Assembly: GCA_963707025.1 (NCBI GenBank)
Contig: CAVPOM010000018.1
Span: forward strand, 352,001 to 416,000
Length of the DNA: 64,000 nt
Source of the DNA: an uncultured Verrucomicrobiae bacterium
GTDB lineage: Bacteria > Verrucomicrobiota > Verrucomicrobiia > Limisphaerales > Palsa-1400
Reading direction: 5' to 3'
Shown: positions 48,234-58,984 of the stretch, one piece after another
How the letters are laid out: each line of letters opens with the position of its first letter
Position numbering within the stretch: the stretch's first letter is position 1
Program-made: the position numbers and the translations under genes
Notes under the pieces: generated by a model
Told to the model about the DNA's origin: nothing
What the model saw: the letters and a program-made list of their open reading frames with translations, nothing else
Databases searched by the model: none

Positions 48234-50513
48234 ATGAGCAAATTCTTTCATCAGTCTTTAGCCGCTGCCGCGGGCGCGTTGTTGACCTTGCTTGCCGGAT
48301 GCCAGCACGAGCCTGTCCGCGATCCGGTTGCCGTTGTGCCGGCCGATTTAACGCTCTGGTATGATCATCCGGCCGGCAATAACAAGCCCATGGAGGAAGC
48401 CCTGGCCATCGGCAATGGCCGGATGGGCGGCTTGATCTTCGGCGCCCCGGCCCGGGAGCGCATCTCCATTAACGAGGACAGCCTTTGGACGGGAGACGAA
48501 AATCCGTCGGGCAACGACAACACGATGGGGGCCTATCAGGTCTTCGGCAATCTGTATGTCAACCTGCCGGGCCACACCAACGCCGGCGCCTATCGCCGCG
48601 ACCTGGACCTGGCCACGGCGCGGGCGCATGTCAGCTATCAGGCCGGCGGCGTCCAATACCGGCGCGAGTTTTTTTGCAGCCATCCGGCCGGCGTGCTGGT
48701 GGCCCGGTTCAGCGCCGATCAACCGCAGCGCTACGCCGGCGCCATCGAACTGGCGGATGCCCATCGCGGAGTGGCTGTCGTGGACGGCGACCGGCTGATC
48801 GTTTCGGGCCAGCTCAACAACGGTCTCAAATATGAATGGCAGGCGCGGGTGCTGCACGAGGGCGGCTCGCTCCAGGCTCGCGGCGCCACTCTGGAGTTCC
48901 AAGATTGCGACAGTCTCACCCTCCTCGTGGCCGCGGGCACGGACTATGCCATGGACCATGCCAAAAACTACCGCGGCGAGGACCCGCATGGGCGGCTGAC
49001 GGCGGCCTTGGAGGCGGCGTCGCGCCAAAGCTATGGCGCGCTTGCGGCCGGGCAGGAGAAGGATTTTCAAAGCCTCTTCAGCCGCGTCGCGGCGGACTTC
49101 GGACGGTCCACGCCCGCGCAACTGGCCGAGCCGACCGACCGGCGCAAACTGGCCGCCGCGCAGACGGTGGACCCCGGACTGGAGCAACTGCTTTTCCAAT
49201 ACGGGCGCTATCTGCTGATCTCGTGCTCGCGCCCCGGCGGGCTGCCGGCCAATTTGCAGGGGCTGTGGAACGACAACAACAGCCCGCCCTGGCACTCCGA
49301 TTATCACGCCAACATCAATGTCGAGATGAATTATTGGCCGGCGGAAACGGCCAACCTGGGCGAGTGCCACCTGCCGTTCTTCGACCTGATGCAAAGCCAG
49401 TTGCCAGCGTGGCGCAAGACCAGCGCGCTCTCCCCCGACTTGAAGACGCCCGCCGGCGCCCTGACCGCGCGCGGCTTCGCCCTGCGCACCTCCCACAACA
49501 TCATGGGCGGGATGGGCTGGAAATGGGACAAAACCGCCAATGCCTGGTACTGCCACCATCTCTGGGAGCACTACGCTTTCAGCCAGGACCAAAACTTCCT
49601 CCGCCACACGGCTTATCCCATCATGAAAGAAGTCTGCCAGTTCTGGGAGGATCATTTGAAGGAACTGCCCGATGGCCGGCTGGTGGTCCCCAACGGCTGG
49701 TCGCCCGAGCACGGCCCGGAGGAGGACGGGGTGAGTTACAACCAGGAAATGGTCTGGGACCTGTTCGACAACTATGTCCGGGCTTGCGATGTTCTTAGTA
49801 TTGACGATGATTATCGCGGCAAAATCGCCGGGATGCGCGACCGGCTGGCCGCCCCCGGCATCGGCAGTTGGGGACAGTTGCTCGAATGGCTGACGGAGAA
49901 GAAGGACCGCCGCTATCCCGAACTGGACACGACCAACGACCACCACCGGCACACCTCCCATCTGTTCGCCGTTTTTCCCGGACACCAGATCACCCTGGCC
50001 CAAACGCCCGCGCTGGCGGCGGCGGCGAGAGTCTCGCTGGAGGCGCGCGGGACCGATCCCGGCAGCGACGTGCGCGAATGGTCCTTTGCCTGGCGCACCG
50101 CCCTCTACGCGCGGCTCCATGACGGGGAGAGCGCGCATCGCATGCTCCAGCAATTATTGTCCGCGCGCAACAGCGCGCCCAATCTTTTTGGCCTGCACCC
50201 GCCCGTGCAGTTGGACGGCAATTTCGGCGTCACGGCGGGAATCGCCGAGATGCTGCTGCAAAGCCACGAGGGGGAAATCCATCTCCTGCCGGCGCTGCCC
50301 GCCGCCTGGCCCGATGGCTCGGTCAAAGGCTTGCGCGCCCGCGGCGGATTCGAGGTGGGCCTGTTTTGGCGTGGCGGTCAATTGACTGCCGCCACCATCC
50401 GCAGCTTGGACGGCCAGCCCTGCAAAATTCGCTACGGAGTCAAGACGATTGATCTCAACTTGCACAAGGGCAAAACCACCCGGCTGGATGCGGACTTGAA
50501 CGGATTGATTTAG
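48234..50513 (+). CDS. GH95 family glycoside hydrolase (alpha-L-fucosidase-like), lipoprotein
   Basis: LLAGC lipobox; [57 protein letters not shown]. Confidence 0.93.
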   Translation: MSKFFHQSLAAAAGALLTLLAGCQHEPVRDPVAVVPADLTLWYDHPAGNNKPMEEALAIGNGRMGGLIFGAPARERISINEDSLWTGDENPSGNDNTMGAYQVFGNLYVNLPGHTNAGAYRRDLDLATARAHVSYQAGGVQYRREFFCSHPAGVLVARFSADQPQRYAGAIELADAHRGVAVVDGDRLIVSGQLNNGLKYEWQARVLHEGGSLQARGATLEFQDCDSLTLLVAAGTDYAMDHAKNYRGEDPHGRLTAALEAASRQSYGALAAGQEKDFQSLFSRVAADFGRSTPAQLAEPTDRRKLAAAQTVDPGLEQLLFQYGRYLLISCSRPGGLPANLQGLWNDNNSPPWHSDYHANINVEMNYWPAETANLGECHLPFFDLMQSQLPAWRKTSALSPDLKTPAGALTARGFALRTSHNIMGGMGWKWDKTANAWYCHHLWEHYAFSQDQNFLRHTAYPIMKEVCQFWEDHLKELPDGRLVVPNGWSPEHGPEEDGVSYNQEMVWDLFDNYVRACDVLSIDDDYRGKIAGMRDRLAAPGIGSWGQLLEWLTEKKDRRYPELDTTNDHHRHTSHLFAVFPGHQITLAQTPALAAAARVSLEARGTDPGSDVREWSFAWRTALYARLHDGESAHRMLQQLLSARNSAPNLFGLHPPVQLDGNFGVTAGIAEMLLQSHEGEIHLLPALPAAWPDGSVKGLRARGGFEVGLFWRGGQLTAATIRSLDGQPCKIRYGVKTIDLNLHKGKTTRLDADLNGLI

Positions 50514-51121
50514 CTGCGGTGAATTTCCACTTGCGCTCCCGGCTCCATTTTCAATCCCGCATCCCCGCCCCGCCACTGCCGGGTGAAGTCATGCAAATAC
50601 AACAGTCCCGAGACCACGGTGAAGAGGCCCGCGCCGGCGGTGATAAAAGGCAGGGGCGCGGCGGGAAATTGGAGCAGCGTCCAGAGGACCGCGGTCATTT
50701 GCAGGACGGTGGCCAGCTTGCCGGGGAGGCGGGGCCGGGCCGTGAATTTGCCCCAGGCGCAACGGATGGCCACCATGCCGCCCAGCAGGATCAGTTCGCG
50801 GGTCACCACAATCGCGGCCAGCCACCAGGGAATTTGCGCAAAGCGCTGGCGGCTGTCAACACTCAGGATGACCAGGGCCGAAACGAGCAGCAATTTATCC
50901 GCCAGCGGATCGAGAATGGCGCCCAGCTCGCTTCTCTGGTTGTAGCGGCGGGCGATGTATCCATCCAGCGCGTCGCCCAGGGCGGCGAGGGCGAAGCAGC
51001 CGATGGCCGCCAGGCGATGGCCTTCGTTTCCAGTGTTGACATAGCTGATAATCTGGGCAACAAAAAGCGGCACGAATATAATTCGCGCGAGGGTGACTTT
51101 GTTGGCCGTCGTCAGGGTCAT
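50510..51121 (-). CDS. CDP-alcohol phosphatidyltransferase (PgsA-like)
   Basis: [19 protein letters not shown]...[16 protein letters not shown]. Confidence 0.9.
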   Translation of the reverse strand: MTLTTANKVTLARIIFVPLFVAQIISYVNTGNEGHRLAAIGCFALAALGDALDGYIARRYNQRSELGAILDPLADKLLLVSALVILSVDSRQRFAQIPWWLAAIVVTRELILLGGMVAIRCAWGKFTARPRLPGKLATVLQMTAVLWTLLQFPAAPLPFITAGAGLFTVVSGLLYLHDFTRQWRGGDAGLKMEPGAQVEIHRS

Positions 51122-51180
51122 AATTGTTGCCATTGTCGCAATGCAGTTTAAGTTTACACCATAACGCATCCCATTTAAAG

Positions 51181-51834
51181 TTGAAAACATTCTTCATATT
51201 GACGGCGATTTCGGCCCTGGCCCTGGCGGGGTGTGTAGCCCTGAACGTTCCGGGATTCCTGGCTTCGCAAAATTTTGATGAGGTCAAACCGGGCGAACTG
51301 CCCCCCGCCTGGCTGGCGGGTGTCACGGGTCCCGGCCAGGCCCAATGGGCGGTGGTGGCGGACCCCGGCGCGCCGAGCGGTCCGAACGTCCTCCAACAAT
51401 CGGGCCGGGCCAGGTTTTGCTGGTGTGTGCAGACCCATCTTTTGCTCCGGGACGGTTTTGTGGCCGTGAAGTTCAAGCCGGTTTCGGGCCAGGAAGACCA
51501 GGCCGGCGGGCTGATCTGGCGCTGGCAGGACGGCGACAATTACTACGTGGCGCGCGCCAACGCGCTGGAGAACAATGTCACCATTTATCACACGATCCAT
51601 GGGATCCGGACGGAGAAGGGCCGCGCCTCCTTCGATGTCGCCTCCGGCCAGTGGCACGATTTGCGCCTGGATTTTCACGGGCCGCACTTCATCGTGACGT
51701 TTGACGGCAGGAAGGCGCTGACTTGGGACGACGAGACGTTCAAAAATGCCGGGGCGGTGGGCGTCTGGACCAAGGCGGACAGCGTGACGCAGTTTGACAA
51801 TTTCCAATGGGGGACTGGCGGAGATTCGCCTTAG
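51181..51834 (+). CDS. Exported beta-sandwich (concanavalin/LamG-like) hypothetical lipoprotein
   Basis: LAGC lipobox; DQAGGLIWR..D.DNYYV.RANALENN; G.VGVWTKADSVT.FD. TTG start inferred. Confidence 0.75.
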   Translation: MKTFFILTAISALALAGCVALNVPGFLASQNFDEVKPGELPPAWLAGVTGPGQAQWAVVADPGAPSGPNVLQQSGRARFCWCVQTHLLLRDGFVAVKFKPVSGQEDQAGGLIWRWQDGDNYYVARANALENNVTIYHTIHGIRTEKGRASFDVASGQWHDLRLDFHGPHFIVTFDGRKALTWDDETFKNAGAVGVWTKADSVTQFDNFQWGTGGDSP

Positions 51835-52631
51835 GAGAGGAGAGGCGCTTCGCTGTGCCGGCGTTGGGAGAAGCGGCGGTAATGGGTATAACCGACGGAG
51901 CGCGCCAGGGCCACGGCCTGGCCGAAGGCGTGGCCCACTTCACCCGGCGCGTGGGCATCGGAGCCGAAGGTGACGGGCACTTTTTTTTGCGCGGCCAGTT
52001 GGAGCAAGGCGCGGCTGGGATAGATTTCCCGGCAATCCTTGCGCAGGCCGGCGGTGTTGAGTTCGATGGCGATATTGTTTTTGTGGACGGCATCAAGGAA
52101 CCGGAGGTAGAGCGGGGCGCAATCCTGCCGCGGGCGGATGTTGAATTTTTTCGGCAGATCGGCGTGGCCGATGATCTCAAACAGGCCCGAGGCGGCCGCC
52201 TGGGTCAGCCGCTCAAAATAAATGGACCAAACCTCGAAGGCATCGGCCTGCTGCCAGCGGGAAAGATGCTCCGGGTTGTCCACCGCCCAGGTGTCCGAGA
52301 TGTAATGAACCGAGCCGATGAAATAGTCCCAGGGATGACGGGCCGCCAGGTCCCGAATCCAATCTTCGTGGCCCGGCAGAAAGTCCACCTCCAGTGCCAG
52401 CTTGATGCGCAGGGCGGGATGGTCCTTTTGCGCCTGCCGCACTTTTTCCACATACTCGCCCAATTGATCCAGGCGCATCCGCCAGTTGTCAAAATCATCC
52501 TGCCGCATGGGCGAGTGATCACTGAAGCCGATCTCGCTCAAACCGGCGGCCAGGGCCTGCGCCGCGTATTCCGCCGGCTCGCCCGTGGCATGGCGGCAAA
52601 GCGGCGTGTGCATGTGATAATCGGGAGGCAT
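51831..52631 (-). CDS. Histidinol-phosphatase, PHP/HisJ family
   Basis: DYHMHT, GFSDH, IGSVH, GHADL, ELNT.G, FGSDAH. Confidence 0.88.
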   Translation of the reverse strand: MPPDYHMHTPLCRHATGEPAEYAAQALAAGLSEIGFSDHSPMRQDDFDNWRMRLDQLGEYVEKVRQAQKDHPALRIKLALEVDFLPGHEDWIRDLAARHPWDYFIGSVHYISDTWAVDNPEHLSRWQQADAFEVWSIYFERLTQAAASGLFEIIGHADLPKKFNIRPRQDCAPLYLRFLDAVHKNNIAIELNTAGLRKDCREIYPSRALLQLAAQKKVPVTFGSDAHAPGEVGHAFGQAVALARSVGYTHYRRFSQRRHSEAPLLS

Positions 52632-52632
52632 G

Positions 52633-52665
52633 AGGAATGGTGAATGGTGAATGGTGAATGGTGAA
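52633..52665. repeat. GAATGGT heptamer tandem repeat
   Basis: About four consecutive units between the metF remnant and the phosphatase gene. Confidence 0.8.
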
Positions 52666-52694
52666 AGGGAAACGGCCGGTCAAGCGGGGGGGGG

Positions 52695-53108
52695 TCACCG
52701 GCCCAGGGAGAGGTTGCGCACGACCGCGGCGGCGGAACGGGCTTTGTTCAAGGTGTAAAAGTGCAGGCCCGGCACGCCCCGGCGCAGCAATTCGGCGCAT
52801 TGTTGGGTGGCGTATTCGATGCCGAATTCCGCGCAGCCCTGGTCGTCATCCCTGTATTTTTCCAGGCTGGCCAGCAAAAGGGCGGGCAGGGCCGCGCCGC
52901 CCAGGGCGGTGAAGCGTTGGATCTGATGCGCGCTCAGGATCGGGATGATGCCGGGGCAATAATCCGGCTGCACGGCCTTGAGGGCCGGGAGGGTGTTTTC
53001 CAGGAGGGTGCGGCCGCCCTCGTCTGTTTTGGGCGGAAAGAACTCAAAGGAGACGACCGGTTGCCCGGCGGCGGCCTTCCTGGCATGAATATCGCGGATG
53101 AATTCCAT
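52695..53108 (-). pseudogene. metF: Internally deleted methylenetetrahydrofolate reductase
   Basis: N-terminal SFEFFPPKT...PDYC joined in frame to C-terminal PGIIPI...GIEYATQQC..L...GLHFYTLN; only 137 aa, central motifs (SVTYGAGG, AHLTC, ITQ) missing. Confidence 0.85.
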
Positions 53109-53726
53109 CCGGCCGATGATGGAGATGGTGCCCGCCCCTGCGCCAGCGCAAAATGCCAGGCCTGTCGGAAGCAGGCGGTGGCTTTGCCACACCCGACAGC
53201 GTATTTCAGGAACCAACCCCGGTCGCCCTTCCCGTCCACTTCGTCCAGTTCGTCCACGCTGTCTGCGCGGTCCCATCTTCTTCAAGATCGCGATTACTGC
53301 TGCTCTCTTAATGAGGGCCATGCAGTCAAAACCGGCCCTGCCGGGGAGGTGCCTTTGGGAACTAGGTGGCGCTCCGGCTGCCCCGCCCCGCAAATCCAAA
53401 CAAGGCGACCCCTTTTCCAGGGCAAGAATCTGCTTCGCTTGTAACTGGTTACCCGCTGCCATATGGCATTCTCGTCTGGAAACGACTCAGGATTGCCGCT
53501 GACATGGTTCTGCTCGATTTACCCTGCCATCGTTCGGACAATAAAGGCAACGCGCTGTGGGCCACACTGGCGGCGCTGGCCATGGCCATCGGCGGAAGAA
53601 ATCCGCCCGATCTGCTGGACGCCTGATCGGGCAGGGAGACTGGTTTCACACCCGTGGCTCAAGGGCCAAGCAAGCCACTCAGAGTCTGGTGCAAGCCAGC
53701 CTTCAACCGCAGTTCTTCGCAATGCG

Positions 53727-53760
53727 AAACCCCGCGCCGGAAGAACCGGCACGGGGTTTT
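53727..53760 (-). terminator. Intrinsic terminator of the PEP-CTERM gene
   Basis: AAACCCCG.GCCGG-loop-CCGGC.CGGGGTTT hairpin, T runs on both strands. Confidence 0.7.
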
Positions 53761-53811
53761 AACAAAAGCGGATAGGAACGATTCGCGAACGCCTTGCTGT
53801 GGCGGGCAACG

Positions 53812-54644
53812 TTACGCCGCCCGTCGGCCGCCCGATCTACGGGCAAAAACCGACAGACCGGCCAGACCCAAGCCCAGCAGCGCCAGCGTCGCGCCGCCAT
53901 CCGGCACCGGAGGATTCTGATTGCCGTATCCTGTTCCCCCCCGAACCAAACCAATTGGTTTTGGGCTGAACCGCTGCTGTCTGATAAATTGAGAATTCCC
54001 ACGTTATAAAGGCCGTAGCTGGCGGCCGTTACGCTGGCGTCTGCAAGGGCCAAAGAACCGCCAAACTCATTCAATGCGTCTGCGTAGAAAATGTTGTTTG
54101 CGGCGGTCGGCGTAACATACTTCCCATCGCCGTAAACGGCCTCGCCCATCAGCGCCCAGATGGCGGCCTGCAATGCGCCAGCGTCGGTCTGCCTCGTGGC
54201 ACTGAGGCCAGCGGTGGTTGTGCCGGTGCCGGAGTTAGCGTAATCGTAACCATTCAACTTGCCTTGGGCGAACTCCCCGTAAAGCCATGCCACACCCGCC
54301 GACAGAGGGATACCGTTTTGGGGTGAGCCTACGGTGTTCAAGCTCGCGGCGAGGTAATTGTAGGTATTACCCGGATAAAAATCCACCGACGTTTGCAGGC
54401 AGAATGTCTGGAAGCCTACATTGCCACCGACGGTTTGCACCACCTGAGAGCCAGTGTACATGTAAGCAGCATCCAAGCCCGGAGTGCTTACAGCGGTGAA
54501 CTCGCCACCAACATCATAACTATACGGCCCTTGGAACAATTGAAGAGTCCCGGTTATACTCGGTGGTTGCGCCATCACGACAGGAGAAAGCACGCCAGCC
54601 GCCAGAACCAAACCCGCCAATCCGATGCTTTTAATTCTAATCAT
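53812..54644 (-). CDS. VPDSG/PEP-CTERM-type surface protein; sorting signal out of frame at a G7 run (53936-53942)
   Basis: Signal peptide, TFC.Q, LQAAIW, QNQL; shifted frame gives GTGYGNQNPPVPDGGATLALLGLGLAGLSVFARRSGGRRAA-stop. Confidence 0.85.
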
Positions 54645-55115
54645 AATATCTCAGCTTTTCACTGCGCAATCGCCGCTCAACAACGCGCGTTTTAATACAA
54701 TCCGGCTAGATTCAGCACTTCCCATGCCTAATTCCATTGCGGGCGGAGTCAGCGCAGGATTGGTCTCGTCCCACAGACCGAGAGTGTATGTGCAAAGTGC
54801 TTATAATAAGTATGTTACAACACTTTACAATATTCAAAAAACCAAGGAATTAACCCCGAATGCCCCCGTTCCATACCGCGCTTTTACCTGCAAAAGTGTA
54901 TTTTTGTCAGGAATCACTACACTTTTTGGCTGCTGCCGGGCAACCCTGACCTGACGGAAACCTCAGGACCCAATGCCGGACGCCGCGCAGGATCAGGCTC
55001 GCCCCATCACTGCCCGGAGGCACACCAGTGACGCCTCATTTGCCGCAAAAGTTTACTTTGATTCCGTGCCATGCCCCTTTAGCATCGCCAAAAATGGCCA
55101 GCATGAACCATCCAT

Positions 55116-56309
55116 TTGTACTTCCCAATCCCGTCGAGAATCATTTCGCCGATCCAATCGAGCTCCCGGGTCCACCCCCCTCCTCCGCTCTTGAACCGGG
55201 ACAGGTGGTCCATTGGCCCGGCGCTTCTGCTCGTCGTCATCCTTCTTGCCGTCGCCACCAGCTCTGGCGCCCTGGTCATCATTCCGGTTTGGGACAGTTC
55301 GATCACCAGCGACCCCAACGCCGCCACCATCACGAACACCATCAAAATGGCGATTCAGTTTTACGAGGCGCGTTTCGCCGACCCGATCACAGTGTCCATC
55401 GAGTTCCAGGAAACGAACGTTAGCCTGGGCGTGCAGACTTTCTATTACTACCCCATCACCTACAACGAATTCATCAGCAGTCTCCATCACGATGCCACCA
55501 CGACGAATGACGCCTATGCCTTGGCTCATCTTCCTTATGGCCTAAGCAACACGGTCCCTGTTGACCTGACCAATCCGGTCACCGGCAGCCCGACCATCGA
55601 AGTCCATACCGCCAACCTCAAAGCGATCGGCATCACCGGCTACAACTCCGAACTGCCCGGCGGGGTTGACGGCATAGTCAGTCTGAACACCTCCATCATG
55701 AATCTCACCCGCGGCTCCGTTGATCCGTCCAAATACGATCTCCTGTCCGTCGCCGAGCACGAGATAGATGAAGTCCTCGGCTTGGGATCAGGCCTCCAGG
55801 ACGGCGTTGGCCCCTTTCCCCAGGATCTCTTCCGCTACACTTCCGCCGGGACCCGAACGTTCACTACCAACGGGGATGACGCCTGGTTCTCCCTGGATGG
55901 CACGAATCTCCTGGTGCAATTCAACCAGCAATCCGACGGCGACTATGGCGATTGGCACACATCAAGCACGCCGAGGGTGCAGGACGCTTTCGGCACACCC
56001 GGTGCGACGCCCAACATGGGTGTCGAACTCATCGCTCTCGATGTCCAGGGCTACAACCTCCTGCCTCCGCCGCAGCCTGGCATCGTCAGCATCGCCCTGT
56101 CCGGGACCAATCTGGTGGTCAGCGGGACCAACGGCCTGGCCACCGGCACCTATTACCTGTTGGCGAGCACGAACATGGCGCTGGCCTTGAACCAGTGGCC
56201 GCGGGTGGCGACCAATTTCATGACCAACAATGGAAATTTCACCTTCACCGCCACCAACACCGTCAACCCCCAATCGGCCCAGCAGTTCTATATCCTCCAA
56301 TTGCAATGA
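55116..56309 (+). CDS. Exported zinc metalloprotease-like protein (NF038122-like)
   Basis: YDLLSVAEHEIDEVLG, DLFRY, FSLDG, GDYGDW, VQDAF, ALDV.GY; C-terminal ...QQFYILQ module. Start uncertain. Confidence 0.8.
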   Translation: MYFPIPSRIISPIQSSSRVHPPPPLLNRDRWSIGPALLLVVILLAVATSSGALVIIPVWDSSITSDPNAATITNTIKMAIQFYEARFADPITVSIEFQETNVSLGVQTFYYYPITYNEFISSLHHDATTTNDAYALAHLPYGLSNTVPVDLTNPVTGSPTIEVHTANLKAIGITGYNSELPGGVDGIVSLNTSIMNLTRGSVDPSKYDLLSVAEHEIDEVLGLGSGLQDGVGPFPQDLFRYTSAGTRTFTTNGDDAWFSLDGTNLLVQFNQQSDGDYGDWHTSSTPRVQDAFGTPGATPNMGVELIALDVQGYNLLPPPQPGIVSIALSGTNLVVSGTNGLATGTYYLLASTNMALALNQWPRVATNFMTNNGNFTFTATNTVNPQSAQQFYILQLQ

Positions 56310-56363
56310 GCCGACGTTTCTCCTCTGAAGGCCAGGGAGGGCTGGATGGAAAGAAAACTTCCG

Positions 56364-56852
56364 TCAGATCAGTTCCAGATTTGTGGCCTCCATTTTCAGC
56401 GCCGCGGCCTGGCCGATAAAATCCAACCGCAGCAGGACGGTGTTCATGCCGTAGCGTTGTTCGACCCAGCCCCCGATTCCTTGCAGCGGTCCATGTTTGA
56501 TTTTGACGCGCATGCCCTCTCCTATCGCGGGCGCCAGGCGTATCTCCAGGCCCGTCTCTAACGCACAGAGAATCTCTGTCAGTTGCCGGCGGAAGAGTTT
56601 CTGGTCAATCACCTCCAACAGGTTCGCCAAACAATCACTTTGGTAAATCTTCCCGCGCTGGTTGTTCGAAATCTGGAGAAAGACGTAACCAGGAAACAAC
56701 GGTTTGTCAAACACCACCGTTTTCCCGCGATATTTGTGAGAGGCCCGGTAGCACGGCAGAGTGACGGATAGATCTTCTCGCTGGCAAAACCGAACCAGCT
56801 TTTTCTCACAGCGTGGCTTAGTGTGGGCCACGAACCAGGGTAAATCATCCAT
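56364..56852 (-). CDS. NusG-paralogue transcription antiterminator (RfaH/UpxY/LoaP-like)
   Basis: WFVAHTKPRCEKK, PLFPGYVF, KOW G..V.I..GPLQG..G. Confidence 0.9.
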   Translation of the reverse strand: MDDLPWFVAHTKPRCEKKLVRFCQREDLSVTLPCYRASHKYRGKTVVFDKPLFPGYVFLQISNNQRGKIYQSDCLANLLEVIDQKLFRRQLTEILCALETGLEIRLAPAIGEGMRVKIKHGPLQGIGGWVEQRYGMNTVLLRLDFIGQAAALKMEATNLELI

Positions 56853-57111
56853 GAACTCAGATTGATCATTTGCGGCCGGGAAGCAAGCCTGCATTAAGCG
56901 ATGCCAATGGTGAAAAACTTCCTTCATCAAGCCGGCGCGAGCCTGGGTCGTGTGTGATTGTAATCACGCACGACCCGAACCTGTGCTAATGTTAGGGCGT
57001 TTGTCTGAACTTAACACAGTCCGGGAAATTATGAATGAATTTTTAAGGAACATAATATCGGCTTGCGGATCAAATCTCGATTTGCGTGATCGCGTTACGG
57101 AGTATTGGCGC

Positions 57112-58839
57112 TTGAAACGTCTGAACTCCCGCTTGTCCGTCGTCGTGCAAGGCTGCATTTTGGTCATGCTGAGTGCGGTCTTTCGGGCGAATGGCGCCGT
57201 CAATGTCACCCAATACCATAACCACCTTTCGCGCGACGGTTTTTATGTGGATCCCGCGTTCACGACCGCGCTGGCCGCCGGTCTGGCGCGGGACACGGCG
57301 TTTGTCGGAAGCATTACAGGCAATGTTTACGCCCAACCACTCTACATTGAAGGCGGGCCGAGGGGCCGGGCGGTCATCATCGCCGTGACTGAGTCAAACA
57401 ATGTTTTCGCGCTCAACGCCGTCAACGGGAGCGTCGTCTGGCAAACCAATGTGGCTCCGCCGGTGGCCTCCAACGCCCTCCCCTGCGGCAACCTTTCCCC
57501 GTTTGGCATTTCGGGCACGCCCGTGGTGGACCTGCCGTCGCGCGCGCTCTTCTTTGACGCGATGACCAAGGATCCGGTCACCGCCACGGTCAAACACCTT
57601 ATTTTCTCGTTGAACGTGGATACTGGGGACATCAACCCCGGCTGGCCGGTTGACGTTAATAGCACGGCAAAATTCGGAACGACGGTCTTCACCTCGACGG
57701 CCCAGGGCCAGCGCGGCGCCCTGGCCATCGTTGGCACCAATCTTTACGTGCCCTACGGCGGCCTTTACGGCGATTGCGGGACTTATTACGGCTGGGTGGT
57801 TGGCGTGCCGCTCAACAATCCCGGCACGGTCATGGCGTGGGCCACCCAGGCGCGTGGAGGCGGCGCCTGGGCGGTGGGCGGTGTGGCCAGCGACGGGGTG
57901 AATCCGTTGGTGGCCACCGGCAACACATTCAGCGCCAGTTCGTGGGGCGGTGGCGAGGCGGTGCTGCGTCTCCAGCCCAGCCTGGTCCTGACCAACGGCA
58001 TAACCAACTACTGGGCGCCGACCAACTGGCGCACGCTGGACACGAATGACCTTGATCTCGGCGGCTCCGGCCCGTTGCTGGTGGACGTGCCCGGGGCCAC
58101 GCCTTCAAATCTGGTGGTTGCGCTTGGCAAAGATGGAAATGCCTATCTCCTCAATCGCACCAACCTGGGCGGGATCAGCCTGCCGCTGGCGCAAGCGCAT
58201 GTGGCCGGCGGCAGCATCATCCAGGCGGCCGCCACCTACCGGACAGCGCTCGGCAGCTACGTTTTTTTTGCCAATGCCAATCAGCTCATTGCCCTCCGTA
58301 TCGGAGCCAGCAATCCGCCCACCATCACGACCGTTTGGACTGCGACGGAAAATGGGCGCGGCTCCCCGTTTGTCACCTCAACGGACGGCTCGAACAATGT
58401 AATCGTTTGGGGCATCGGCTCCGAAGGCGACCAGCGGCTGCACGGGTTCGATGGCGACACCGGGACGAATGTTTTCACCGGCGGCGGCGCGAGCGAGCTG
58501 ATGACCGGCACCAGGCGTTTCAGCACAGGCATTGTGGCGCGCGGGCGCATTTATATCGCCAACGACAACATGGTTTACGCTTTCAGCGTGCCGGGACGGA
58601 CCGTGACATCCATCACTCTGACTAATCTGAGCTTGCTGAAAGGAGGCGCTTTTCAATTCTCCTTCACCAACCTGCCGGGCGCTAACTTCGATGTGTTTGG
58701 CACCACGAATCTGACTGATCCATTGACCAACTGGGACTGGCTGGGCGGGGTTACGGAAGTTTCTTCCGGCCAGTTCCAGTTCACCGACACGCCGGCGACC
58801 AACTACCCGAAACGCTTCTATCGTGTCGTCTCCCCTTAA
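57112..58839 (+). CDS. Exported PQQ-like beta-propeller repeat protein
   Basis: VTQYHNHLSRDG, VYAQPLY, ALNA..G..VW, GISGTPVVD, DLDLGGSG, GKDG.AYLL; C-terminal ...KRFYRVVSP module. TTG start with GGAG upstream inferred. Confidence 0.8.
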   Translation: MKRLNSRLSVVVQGCILVMLSAVFRANGAVNVTQYHNHLSRDGFYVDPAFTTALAAGLARDTAFVGSITGNVYAQPLYIEGGPRGRAVIIAVTESNNVFALNAVNGSVVWQTNVAPPVASNALPCGNLSPFGISGTPVVDLPSRALFFDAMTKDPVTATVKHLIFSLNVDTGDINPGWPVDVNSTAKFGTTVFTSTAQGQRGALAIVGTNLYVPYGGLYGDCGTYYGWVVGVPLNNPGTVMAWATQARGGGAWAVGGVASDGVNPLVATGNTFSASSWGGGEAVLRLQPSLVLTNGITNYWAPTNWRTLDTNDLDLGGSGPLLVDVPGATPSNLVVALGKDGNAYLLNRTNLGGISLPLAQAHVAGGSIIQAAATYRTALGSYVFFANANQLIALRIGASNPPTITTVWTATENGRGSPFVTSTDGSNNVIVWGIGSEGDQRLHGFDGDTGTNVFTGGGASELMTGTRRFSTGIVARGRIYIANDNMVYAFSVPGRTVTSITLTNLSLLKGGAFQFSFTNLPGANFDVFGTTNLTDPLTNWDWLGGVTEVSSGQFQFTDTPATNYPKRFYRVVSP

Positions 58840-58984
58840 GAGTTTATCCGTAAATTATAGTTCCAATATTCCCACATTCCGGTTCCCCGACGTTTTCGGT
58901 GGGTTCTACTTTTTGGAAAGACGACAGGAGAAGGCGCCTGCCGGCAAAGACCTTTCCATGAATGTGCCGCATCGAACAAACCTC

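Noticed and set aside
53366..53626. Short ORF between the metF remnant and the PEP-CTERM gene
   Set aside because: Possible gene debris but no family recognised.
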